From positions 5,270,001 to 5,334,000 of the forward strand of contig CATNEN010000039.1 in the NCBI GenBank assembly GCA_950097015.1: 64,000 nucleotides of DNA, in the 5' to 3' direction. Below the pieces are notes generated by a model. That model worked only from the letters and a program-made list of their open reading frames with translations. It ran no database searches and had not been told where the DNA came from. Numbering within the stretch: the stretch's first letter is position 1; each line of letters begins with the position of its first letter. This document shows, in pieces, positions 10,991 to 24,049 of the stretch. A program made the position numbers and the translations under genes. This DNA is from Macrostomum hystrix (Eukaryota > Animalia > Platyhelminthes).

Positions 10991-12618
10991 CAATAATTTT
11001 GATCAAATTTTCGGCCTAATAGTTTTTGCGTGCATGTCAGTATTAGGAAGATTGTCACTAAAACGGATTGAATGGCACAGCAATTATTAATTATAAGAAA
11101 TAAATATTTGTTATTTGGTTAGACACTAATAGTATATCGCAGAGCTTTTGTAGACATAAAGTGAGCAATATAATATTAAATGCCCAGTAACATATAATTT
11201 CTTTATAGGTATGTTGATTAAATGTTCTTAGCAAATAACTATACTAACTACCTTTTTGATGACTCGTCGAACTTGTAAAGTGCTTAAATTTTTTTACCCG
11301 ATATGTGTTGAAAAGTGCGAAAAGAAGGTAAAAAACAATAACAGTTTGTATACCATAAACTTTCAGGCTTATTAATGTACAAAGAAAAGACAAATAAAAA
11401 AATAAAATAAAATCTATAAAATTATTCATTCACTGCCTCTTAGACCTAAGATATTAGGCCAGAAAATATAAAAATTTTCCACTTAAAAAGTTATATTTCG
11501 TAGCAAAAGACAAGCAGAAAAAACAATGCTAATGACCTCCGACCAAATAGTTTACAGAATAACAAAATAGAGAGAAGAGACATACAGGCAATTAATTGCT
11601 TGGCAACAGCTGAAATAGCTATGCGAACCCAAATTTAGTAGAAATAAAGAAGCATGACTTGAAAAATGGACAGAAAATGTCAGTTAAACAAAAGGCAAAA
11701 TTAAAGAGCAGGTTTATCAAAGTTTTAATAAATTTGGCATAATTATGAGTTTGCAATAGCAGCAACAGTGCCTAAACGTAAAATAACATTGCTTTTTTTA
11801 TTTAATTACATGTCTTTATTACACAACCCAACATAGACTACTTTATACTACTTTTCATGAAAAGCGATAGCTATTTAGCAGTAGTATGTTACAGATTATA
11901 GATAGTTTATTAATTTATTGGTACATGATGACACATAATTTAGCTCTAATTAACATGAAGCTGGACTGATGCATCCTATTTCGTTTAATCGAATTGGCTT
12001 TTTAAGTCTGAATATGTTGAATAATATCACAGTAAAAGCAAACCAACATGTATCGAAATAACGATATTTGATTGATTGTAGTGCGTTGCTAAAACTTCGT
12101 GACTTACAGCCCCATTTACAAGCGACAAACTGTATAAAAACTTTAATAACATTCCACCAGTAGAATAAAAAGATGAAAAAAAGACGCAATATGAAACAAA
12201 TAGCTTAACCAGGTAGAAAAAAAGTCAAATTTTCCGAGTAAGCAGGAAATAAGCAACAAGAAGAGCATAAAAGTGCATGTCAAAAATCCAGAAATTTATT
12301 TGTAATTCGCAGTTCGCAAAATGACTGTAATTATAAGGCCATTTCGGGCCAATTATTGCTAGACTAAGGATGGCACCGAGCAAAATGGGATTCGGCATGG
12401 CGAAGATAAGGCTCGGGCCAACCAGGAGAAAGTGTCTTAACCCAATGGCCCTGAATGCCAAGTCAGGGAACGACTGAGTGACTGGAACTTCTAGCGACAA
12501 AGAAAATGTTGGACGCCATATAAACATGTGAACTGCTTGCCGAACTGTTGATTAGAAGAATTAGAAATAACAATGACAAACAGGTTGCTCATGGACTGTT
12601 TAACGGTCAGGACAAGCT

Positions 12619-12648
12619 TTATGGCTGTACAGAAACGTCTTTAACCTT

Positions 12649-12690
<42 letters not shown>

Positions 12691-13521
12691 GGCCTCATAT
12701 CTCTGCCTGGCTTCCAGCTCAGCCTCGCGTTCCAGCCGCTCCTTCTCTTCCTCCTCCTTGATGCGATGAAACTCGCGTATGATGTAGCCATACTTGGGCG
12801 TGGTGATGCCCAGAAACCAGGCCACCCGTTCCCCGCAGTAGTCAGCGGTGCGCAGCAAGCCGCGGCCAAGGCGGCAGCTGTAGTACCTGAAGGTGGGGAC
12901 GGGACACATCAAAGGCTCAGAACTGAGGTGGCGGGACACTTACAAGGCTCATAATTGAGGTGGCGGGACACATCAAAGGCTCGGAATTGAAGTGATGGCG
13001 GAAACATCAAAGATTAAGAACTGAAGTGGCGGGACACATCAAAGGCCCAGAATTGAGGTTATGGCGGGACACATAAAAAACTCATAATTCAGGTGATGGC
13101 GGAAACATAAAAGACTCAGAAATGCAGTGGCGGGACACATCAAAGGCTCGGAATTGAGGTTTTGGCGTGACACATCAAAGGCCCAGAATTGAAGTGATGG
13201 CGGAAAACATCAAAGGCCGCTGGTGGGAAAGCAGACTGAGGCGTACCAGAACCAGGGCAGCCAGGTCAGGCTGTGGGGATCCATCTGGTGAGCAGCCGCT
13301 GCAGCAGCGGCCAGATCCTTACGGCCGCGTTTGCTGCGCATCGGCCTTCGGGCATCATCGGGTCCAAGGAGTTCATCATTGTCTGAACTGGAATACTCTT
13401 CCAACACGCCATCGCTGAAGTATACTAAACGCTTTGGCTGCTTCTGCTGACGCTGCTGCTGCTGCTGAGCTGCCTGCAGCTCCAGCCTCACATCGCCGGC
13501 TGAAGTTGTCGTCTCAGTCAT
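12619..13521 (-). CDS. FAM177A1: FAM177A1-like protein (2 exons)
   Basis: join(13521-13247,12886-12619). Family motifs PKRLVYFSDGVLEEYS, DPHSLTWLPWFWYY and DYCGERVAWFLGITTPKYGYII are present, with a C-terminal poly-Q. Confidence 0.85.
12890..13225. repeat. Degenerate ~36-bp intronic minisatellite (gtggcgggacacatcaaaggctcagaattga)
   Basis: About 9 diverged units fill the FAM177A1 intron. Confidence 0.8.
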
Positions 13522-13620
13522 GGTCGTGTCAGCTTTCTAATGAAATCTTGCTGGTTGGATTTATTGATTCAGCTGAAATTGAATGACAGTTAAATTACAT
13601 TTTAATTTTCCTTTACGGAT

Positions 13621-14040
13621 CTGGTACTGCTCTTCCACACCTGACACCCTGGTACTGCTCTTCCACACCTGACACCCTGGTACTGCTCTTCCACACCTGA
13701 CACCCTGGTACTGCTCTTCCACACCTGACACCCTGGTACTGCTCTTCCACACCTGACACCCTGGTACTGCTCTTCCACACCTGACACCCTGGTACTGCTC
13801 TTCCACACCTGACACCCTGGTACTGCTCTTCCACACCTGACACCCTGGTACTGCTCTTCCACACCTGACACCCTGGTACTGCTCTTCCACACCTGACACC
13901 CTGGTACTGCTCTTCCACACCTGACACCCTGGTACTGCTCTTCCACACCTGACACCCTGGTACTGCTCTTCCACACCTGACACCCTGGTACTGCTCTTCC
14001 ACACCTGACACCCTGGTACTGCTCTTCCACACCTGACACA
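13621..14040. repeat. 28-bp minisatellite x15 (ctggtactgctcttccacacctgacacc)
   Basis: Near-perfect tandem array with no spacers. Confidence 0.95.
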
Positions 14041-14567
14041 CTTGGTCACCTAAATCTGAAGCTACTTTACTACTATACATTTTATTCTATAAGTTATATG
14101 GTTAGAAAGTATAATGTAACATAAAAGTACCGTTGAAGGCATGATAACTGTATTTTGTGTTATGGTATGAAGCAGAAAAAGCAATAAATTCCTTGATTAA
14201 ACGGGACATAAAACCGGTATAACAGAATTAGCAAATATATTATCATACATATAACAAACTTGGATACATGAACTAATTTTTAAACAGGCTAGAGTCGCAA
14301 TACGTGCTTTTGAATACAAAACGATAAATTATAGATCGACAGACAAAGTCTATTGATAGTAGAAGCACTGCCTCGATCATGATACTGCAAAAGTACACCG
14401 GCCCGAGTGAATTATGAGCACCTTCAATTAAAGTACATCATTTAAAAGGGCTCAATTCATATTCACAAATCAACGTTGTAGCAGAATCAGATACAACGTC
14501 TAACTTTATTGGAAAGACAAGCGACATAAATATATAGATATGATCATCATTATCTCAACCATTTGAC

Positions 14568-14815
14568 TCTATGACCTCACTCATGACTGATCTATGAACT
14601 CACTCACGGCTGATCTATGACCTCATTCATGACTGATCTATGACCTCATTCATGACTGATCTATGACCTCACTCACGGCTGATCTATGACCTCACTCATG
14701 ACTGATCTATGACCTCATTCATGACTGATCTATGACCTCACTCATGACTGATCTATGACCTCATTCACGGCTGATTTATGACCTCATTCATGACTGATCT
14801 ATGACCTCACTCGTG
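14568..14815. repeat. 23-bp minisatellite (ctatgacctcactcatgactgat), ~11 copies
   Basis: Direct reading. Confidence 0.9.
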
Positions 14816-15385
14816 GCTGTTTATTCACTCATAGCTGATCTGATTAGTTATTCAAATAATCAACTCAAGAAGCTCTAAAAATATGACTAATCAAAGAATC
14901 GAAAGCAGTGCAGAGGTAAGGCAATCATAAAGTATTGCTTAAGTTTCTTTTAATTAGTATTACTTGCAAGAATTAGTTAAAGAGCTAAAAAATAATTTTC
15001 TAATGCGCAATATAAAATATTTTTGAAAGCATATTTATAGTCCAAAACAGTTCAGCCTTAAACCTGTTACCAAGAGTGCAATAACAGAACCCGGAGGCTG
15101 ACAGGCAACAGGTAATCTATAATCTATAATCAGGTAAGCAACAACCCCAGCAAAACCCTAACAAAATCCCCCGTCAAGACCCTAACGACACCTAAGTAAC
15201 GATTTAGACACTCCCTAAGTAATTCAAGTATCCTAGCAGCACCTTAGCAACGTCCTAGCAACGCCTAAGAAAATACCATAGCAACGCCTAAGAAACACCC
15301 TCGCAACGCGTAAGAAAACACCATAGCAACCCTTAAGAAACACCATAGCAACGCCTAAGAAACACCCTAGCAACGCAATAGATAG

Positions 15386-18300
15386 CTAGCGACCCGAAAC
15401 GGCAGTTTGCACAGCCGCGCAGTGGCAACCGCAGGCAGTCGGGCACTCCAAGCAGCCGGTCTTGAACCAGTCGCTCAGGTGTTCCGGGTGGCCTCCGTGA
15501 CCGCAGGTCAGGCAGACCAGCAGGCGGCCGCGGGTTGGCCGGCAGCAGACGGAGCAGGCAATCTGGATGCCGCCGACAGAGACGGGCACTGAGGCACCGC
15601 GCCGGCTGATGCTGTAGGCTCCGCTGCCGCTGCCGCTGCTGTTGCTGCGTAAAGAGATTAACTGAAGACTGACGTGCGGCGGAGGATAATGCTGCTGCTG
15701 CTGCTGTTGCTGGGCAGGCATTCCCATAGAAGCCGTGGGTGCCAGATCCAAATCTACAGTGAAGAGCCACTGCTTGAGCAGCTGGGCCCGAGTGTCGTGC
15801 AGGCCCCAGCAGTACAGCAGGCTGGCGTACCGCGTCAGGTGGCTGTTGATTAGGCGGGCCAGGCGGCTGTTCAACAGCCTGTGATTGGGTGCACCAGTGG
15901 CATCAGCTGATTGGCTGGGCTTTCGGATTGAAACTAGGGATTTGACGGCAGCAAGAACAGACACGAATGATAGGGATGAAGGATGATCGCTGATTTTCGA
16001 CTGGTTTCAAGCTAAGCAGGAATAAAATAATAAAAACACAGTTCTCGATAATTGGATTACAGGATGTTGGGCATCAAGCAAGTTTGAAGACTTGAGGATG
16101 GGATCAGAGAAGATTGGCGATTACAGGATGGGATCAGAGAAGATTATGGATTAGAGGTGGGATCAGAGAAGATTATGGATTAGAGGGTGAGAAAAGAGAA
16201 TATTGGCGATTAGAGGGTGAGAAAAGAGAATATTGGCGATTAGAGGGTGGGATCAGTGAAGATTGAGGATTAGAGGGTGGGATCAGTGAAGATTATGGAT
16301 TAGAGGTGGGATCAGAGAAGATTATGGATTAGAGGGTGAGAAAAGAGAATATTGGCGATTAGAGGGTGAGAAAAGAGAATATTGGCGATTAGAGGGTGGG
16401 ATCAGTGAAGATTGAGGATTAGAGGATGGGATCAGTGAAGAATGAGGATTAGAGGATGGGATCAGTGAAGATTGAGGATTAGAGGATGGGATCAGTGAAG
16501 ATTGAGGATTAGAGAATGGGATCAGTGAAGATTGAGGAGTAGATGATGGGATCAGAAAATGTTTGGGATTAGAGAATGGGGATCCGAGAAGTTTAGGGAT
16601 TAGATGATGGGATCAGGGAATATTGGGGAATATAGGATGGGATTAATAAAGATTGCATACGGTAAAAAGAGTGCTAACCTGGACTGCTCAAAGTGCCTCA
16701 TGAAGGTGTCACTCTCCAGGTAGGTTGAGGACTCAGCCTGCGGTCGCACGTCGTTGTCGGACACCGCCTTGACCCGCGCCGTCTGCTGACTCATGCGGGC
16801 AATGGAGGCTGCAAGGTATTAATGGTGTAGTTAAAAATTGGCCCAGCTAATAATAATATTTTCTCTATCAGTTGGTTACAACACGGGCCTACTTAGAAAA
16901 AAGCTTATAGGAAATATGACAATGTTCGAGTACAGTGGAAACTTGAGTGGATTGAAAATTGCTAGATGAAAACAGGAACTTAAAAAACCGCCTAGCCCTA
17001 TGCATGATAGAAGACATAAGATATGAGAGGTGGGAGATATGAAGAAACATGGGAAATATTAAAATATGAAAATAGATTGAAAATATAATAATAATATTGT
17101 GGGGACTGGCAAATCTTTCGGAGGCAATTCTGCCCATTCCGCTGACTCTTGAGCACACAGTCATACAGGTGTGTACATCTGCCCTGACTTTCTCATCATC
17201 AGGCACTGTACACTCACTGTGCCTTGCACTGTACACTCACTGTGCCTTGCACTGTACACTCACTGTGCCTTGAAGGTTGGCCCTCAAGGGCGAACATTTC
17301 ACGACAAACCTTCAAGCCTTCTCCCGGCGGCTGCGCCCCAAATTAGTTAGGCCTCGCCACGGAATCGAGCTCAGGGACCGTTGTGCGAGAGACAAACGCG
17401 ATAGACCGCTCTGCCCTTAATATGAATAGATGCTCGTAGATGGGAGATAGGAATAGAGACATGGGAGATAGGAATAGAGACATGGGAGATAGGAATAGAG
17501 ACACGGGAGATAGGAATAGAGACACGGGAGATAGGAATAGAGACCCGGGAGATATGAATAGAGACATGGGAGATAGGAATAGAGACACGGGAGATAGGAA
17601 TAGAGACACGGGAGATAGGAATAGAGACACGGGAGATAGGAATAGAGACACGGGAGATAGGAATAGAGACATGGGAGATAGGAATAGAGACATGGGAGAT
17701 AGGAATAGAGACATGGGAGAAATGAATAGAGACATGGGAGATAGGAATAGAGACATGGGAGAAATGAATAGAGACATGGGAGATAGGAATAGAGACATGG
17801 GAGATAGGAATAGAGACATGGGAGATAGGAATAGAGACATGGGAGATAGGAATAGAGACATGGGAGATAGGAATAGAGACATGGGAGATAGGAATAGAGA
17901 CATGGGAGATAGGAATAGAGACATGGGAGATAGGAATAGAGACATGGGAGATAGGAATAGAGACATGGGAGATAGGAATAGAGACATGGGAGATAGGAAT
18001 AGAGACACGGGAGATAGGAATAGAGACACGGGAGATAGGAATAGAGACATGGGAGATAGGAATAGAGACATGGGAGATAGGAATAGAGACATGGGAGATA
18101 GGAATAGAGACATGGGAGATATTAACAGGCAAGATTCTAACAAATTAGGTCATAAACAACTGCTTAAACTTGAATAAGTAGGTCAATAATTCAGCAACAA
18201 TAGTTTCAATTGGTCAGAATAAAGAACAAGAACGCAAACTTGACAATTTGTTTTCAATGCGTGAAATGCGAACGGGTTAAACTGGTTCCTTACCGCACAG

Positions 18301-21300
18301 GCAGTGAATCAATGCCAATGTAGGCTTTGGAAATTAAAAAAACATGGCCAATGTTGGTCAGGCATTCTAGATATTGGCAAACAAGCATACCATTGTCGAT
18401 TGAGCTTACAGTGCCACACACGAAACTATTTATAATTGTGTGAAGCTTAGTATACTACTCGAACTATCTAGGCTAAGTAGAGGCTTAAGAAAACACGGCC
18501 AATTTTTTGAGCCCTTAAATTCTGGTGTCTGATGGTTAGTAAAATAAGTGCGAAATTAAATGATTAGTTGCTGAAGTCATTAATTAAAAAAAACAATAGT
18601 GCAGATAAAAGAACACTTAAAGCATTGCCACAACAACCATTAGACGCAGAATCAGCTGTTTGTTACAGGTGAACCTACCCAGGTTGATCTTGCCAGCCAG
18701 GGCTGATGGCATTGTGTGGTAATGATCCGGGTGCTGTAGGAATTAATCAGGTGTCAATCATCGATAATACATCGGAATCATCCCACATATATGTATAAGA
18801 TACCAGACTAGACACAATTTCACAACAGTCTAACGGTTTGGCGAATTGCTAAATTAGCACTACAAGATCCCGAGTTCGAATCCACCTGACTGTGAGTATT
18901 TACTTTAAAAAAATGACCACTGCAAGCATAATGGTAAGAATTGCACGAAATTCGCAGTCATACCGTCCGGCAAGTAAAAGTACATAGGAAATTTTACTGA
19001 ATCACAAAGGCTGCTAAAGTTCATAAAATACTAAATAATTAATTACATGAAACTCTCACATAAAGCTGATTTACCCGATAATTAAAAGTATAATAGAATC
19101 ACGGCCGAGAAAATCAGTATGAAGTTAATCAATAGTAGATTGCATAAGGAGCCATATTGTCTGTACGATACATGCTTCAGACCAAACACTTACCAACTTG
19201 AGGCCAGGACTGCAATAATCCGATTGGATTTGTAAATAAGAATTCGAATGTCACAATGTAAAAAATAATCAGCTAGATGCGTTTCTCTCTACTACTACAA
19301 AATCAGTAGAGTAAATGGCACTGAGATGCTAAATTTGTTGCGCAGTTCTAAAATCACTCGAAATATTTTCTTTTACGTAATTTTCACGCACACAAACTGC
19401 CACTCATGACAATCACAGAGGTTCCGTTGGGCGACTCGAGGGTGGTCAAACTTGTCGTCGTCGGTTCAAAGTTTGACGAGTAAGAGATCAGCCGCCTTTG
19501 CTGCCTGGCTGGGATCGCCTGACGCAGCGGCAGCAAGTGAGTGATTTTGATATCAATGGCTGCTACTAAACGTTTTTCGATACATATCGGCTCACTTATT
19601 TATTCAAAACGAATGAAGAAATACAAAGTCAATAAAAAGTGTGACATTCAGGATTTAAAAATACTAGTCAAGTTAATTAAGTTATTTCATTTTTATCGTG
19701 CTGAAATAGCATCATGTCTAATTTGCTATCTTGGGTCAGGTTATAAAAATTCTGGCACAATTATTTTAGGTGGAAACTGCTAAAATCTTAAGATATATTT
19801 TTTCTGGAAACTGCCGATTATTAATTAATGGAAACTGCTAAAAACACGGGAGAAATGGCTGCATCTCTAGGTGGAAACAGCTGAAAACTTAGTGAAATCT
19901 GCAAAAAAATTCTTATGGGAAAATTTGCATTGCTTTTCAAAACACAAATTAGGCAGAATACGTAGTTGCTATGCAAGCTGGGTACAATAATAGCATTACT
20001 CACCAGACCATCTCCAAGTGGATCTTCGGCCAGCGAGGCAGCCGTGGCGGTAGACGACTGCTGCTCGATTCGATCATGAATTGAACTGACCGAAGATGCC
20101 TGACCTAGCAACTGATGATGCTGCTGCTGCTGCTGCTGCTGCTGCAATTTCAGCTGAACTGACTGACGCTGGAAGGCTTCACACCAGTGAGAATGCAAGG
20201 CGGCCAGATAATAGGCCGCCATGCCCAGGGTTTGCACATCGCCCAATCTCTGGGGGCCAGTCAGAAGGCGCCTGATGCGCGACTCGCTCAGTACGACGGC
20301 TGCCCACGGGCGAGCCTCGCCTACAGGAAGCGCAACAAAGAGTGCATTAGCCCTAGCTCGATGGAATTTTCCATGACGCATAGCTCGTATTGAAAGTGAG
20401 GAATTTTCCTTAACTAATTAAAACTGGCAAATAACTCTATGGAATTTTCCATGACGCATAGCTCGTATTGAAAGTCAGGAATTTTCCTTAACTAATTAAA
20501 ACTGGCAAATAACTCTATGGAATTTTCCATGACGCATAGCTCGTATTGAAAGTTAGGAATTTTCCTTAACTAATTAAAACTGGCAAATGACTCTATGGAA
20601 TTTTCCACGCTTAGCTCGACATTGACTTTCTAGAATTTTCTGTAACTGATTAGATTTTTTGGAAATCTCTACGGGATTTTCTGCAACTGATTGAGCTGTT
20701 GGAAAACTCTATAGAAGTTTCCACGACTGAGAGAAACTTACCAGGTATGGCAGTCGGAGAGAACTGCGGAGCGGACAATGCCGCCAGGACGCTCCACAAT
20801 GTGACAACGTCAGGTCGGCGATCGGCGAACTGACCGGCAGCTTCGATGGCATTTTGGCGACAGGCGGCGGCGATGGAATCGCCCGACCAGAGGCGATACC
20901 GCTGAGCTAGAGCTCGGCTAACCTGCGTTTAAATTGGCATGGAATCTGGCTGTAAATATGGAAGGAATATGGCTGTAAATAGGGATGGAATTTGGCTGTA
21001 AATAGAGATGAAATCTGACTGTATATTGGGATGGAATCTGGCTGTAAATAGGGATGGAATCTGACTGTATATTGGGATGGAATCTGGCTGTAAATAGAGA
21101 TGAAATCTGACTGTATATTGGGATGGAATCTGGCTGTAAATATGGAAGGAATATGGCTGTAAATAGGGATGGAATCTGGCTGTAAATAGGGATGGAATCT
21201 GACTGTATATTGGGATGGAATCTGACTTTATATTGGGATGGAATCTGGCTGTAAATAGGGATGGAATCTGACTGTATATTGGGATGGAATCTGGCTGTAA

Positions 21301-24017
21301 ATAGGGATGGAATCTGACTGTATATTGGGATGGAATCTGACTTTATATTGGGATGGAATCTGGCTGTAAATAGGGATGGAATCTGACTGTATATTGGGAT
21401 GGAATCTGGCTGTAAATAGGGATGGAATCTGACTGTATATTGGGATGGAATCTGGCTGTAAATTAGGATGAAATCTGGCTGTAAGCAGAGATAGAGAGGT
21501 TGACTATACATTAAGCGAAACAGAAGTGAATGTGGGGTTAATCCAAGATACTGTCTGCCATCTCACCGGCGTTAGGCTCTCGATGTCAATCAGCTGCACG
21601 CTTGTCTGCATGCCACACTGATGATGTCGCTGATGCTGCTGCTGCTGCTGCTGTGCGCTGGCGCCGCCTCCGCGCGATCGAATGCCCCGGGTATCCAACT
21701 GCCTGCACGTCATGATGGTTCAGTAAGCTTAAACTGGATATCACGCTCAGAACTCAAACAAACACCAGTGCTCAAACGATAGTTCTCAAGCACTCCAATG
21801 TGTACCAGAGCTCAAACACTCCATACCATGCTCACTTACTTGTAGAATGATCGCAACAGACTGGTGCAGCAGCCAACACCTCCGCCACCGACAACTCCGC
21901 CACTGCCGATACCGCTTCCGCCGCCGACGACGACGGGCCCGACCGCGCCCCCGTTGAGGCCCTTACCGCTACCAGACACTGAGTCATTGGACTGTCCGGC
22001 AACTGACGACTGTTGGTGCCGATGATGCTGCAGCATATGGTGATGCTGAAGATGCAGAGAATGCCGATGCTGCTGCTGGTGCCGATGATGGATGCTGAAC
22101 TGATTGCCGGAGGTGGCGATCAACTCGCTGAATGCTCTCGGCGTGCTGGCGACACCACGGCTCAAATCGGAAGCCACCGAGATTGCCCCGGCTGGCCCTG
22201 TCGAGCCAGCAGCCGCCGCCGCTCCAGCGGCTTCCGTTGAAGTCAGCGGGCGGCGGAAGCAGACCAGAACTCCGCCGCCAGGCGAGAAGCTGGCGCCGCA
22301 GGTGCGAGGAAACGGGATATTCTGGTCCGGAAGCTGCAAATCGATCAAATATCAATCTTGGAATTAATTTTGATCAAAAAATATTTTAACCTGTCCTATA
22401 CAACTGGCTACCAACATTGCGTATACACTGAATGTACATTGCCGCAACCCACCCGGCCATAGATAAGGCTGACATTGAATGTAAATTGCAGCAACCCACC
22501 CGGCCATAGATAGGGCTGGCATTGAATGTACATTGCCGCAACCCACCCGGCCATAGATTAGGCTGGCATTAAATGTACATTTAACTAACCCACCCAGCCA
22601 AAATAAGGCTGAATGTACATTACCGCGATCCCCACCTCATAATTTAACTTAAGAATGGGTTTAAATGAATGTACTTAAGGAGCCCAGCATACCTGGTAAT
22701 CGGTTCCAACCATGTGACTTGTGGCGCGCCTGCCAGCAAGCAGGTCGTCTGGGAGAAAATTTGACATCAAATGCGACGGCGGCAGGCTCTCGCAGAAGGA
22801 CACCAGCTCGCGCAAGCCGCTCTCAACTAATCTGACGTCTCTCTGACGGCCGACAAAGCCCTGGCTAAACTGATTGTAGGTCTCGTAGACTGCGGCATTC
22901 AACGCCTCTAAAAGCTGGGCGCACAGGTCCTGCTGCAGTGACTGGGCCGTGGGCGGCAGTAGCCGAACCTCCGGCAGGCAGCCCGGAGCGGGAAAATTGA
23001 ACTCCAGCATCACCAGGGTGGAGTCGAAAGCGGCTTTGAACCTGAACCGGCCTGACAGAAGGAAATATTTAGCTAGTCTAAGTGCTCACAAATAGTGTAG
23101 GTACAGGACAGTCTTACTGAAGGTTTGGGAGAAGAGATTTCAGACGCCTGAAGGATAAGGTGATGAGATTTCAGACACCTGACGGATTAGGGGAGATTTC
23201 AGACACCTGAAAGATTAGTGGAGATTTCAGACACCTGAAGGATTAGGGGAGATTTCAGACACCTGAAGGATTAGGGGAGATTTCAGACACCTGACGGATT
23301 AGGGGAGATTTCAGACACCTGAAGGATTAGAGGAGATTTCAGACACCTGAAGGATTAGGGGAGATTTCAGACACCTGAAGGATTAGGGGAGATTTCAGAC
23401 ACCTGAAAGATTAGTGGAGATTTCAGACACCTGATGGATTAGAGGAGATTTCAGATACCTGAACGATTAGAGGAGATTTCAGACACCTGAAGGATTAGAG
23501 GAGATTTCAGACACCTGAAAGATTAGTGGAGATTTCAGACACCTGATGGATTAGAGGAGATTTCAGATACCTGATGGATTAGAGGAGATTTCAGACACCT
23601 GATGGATTAGAGGAGATTTCAGATACCTGAACGATTAGAGGAAATTTCAGACACCTGAAGGATTAGAGGAGATTTCAGACACCTGAAAGATTAGTGGAGA
23701 TTTCAGACACCTAAAGAAAAAGGGGAGATTTCAGACACCTGAAGGATAAAGGGACAAAATTTCTGACACCTGGAGGATTAGGGGAGGGGATTTCAAACAC
23801 TCTAAGATCACCGTCCCCACTGATTTGTAAACAAAAATGTTGGCATTAAAAATGCATTTAAATCGTGACTCACCGAAGTCGCCAGTGCCGCCGCCGCCGC
23901 TGCTGTCAAAGTCGGCAGCCACTGTAGTTTGCTCCATTAGTTTCAATCGGTCCGACACAGTTTCCGCCAATCGCCGGACCTCAGACCGCAGACTGGTTGA
24001 CTGAGGCAGCTGCATCA

Positions 24018-24049
<32 letters not shown>

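Noticed and set aside
13621-14040. 28-bp repeats as a CRISPR array (likewise the 29-, 30- and 35-bp arrays)
   Set aside because: The units are head-to-tail with no unique spacers, there are no cas genes, and the context is eukaryotic and intronic.
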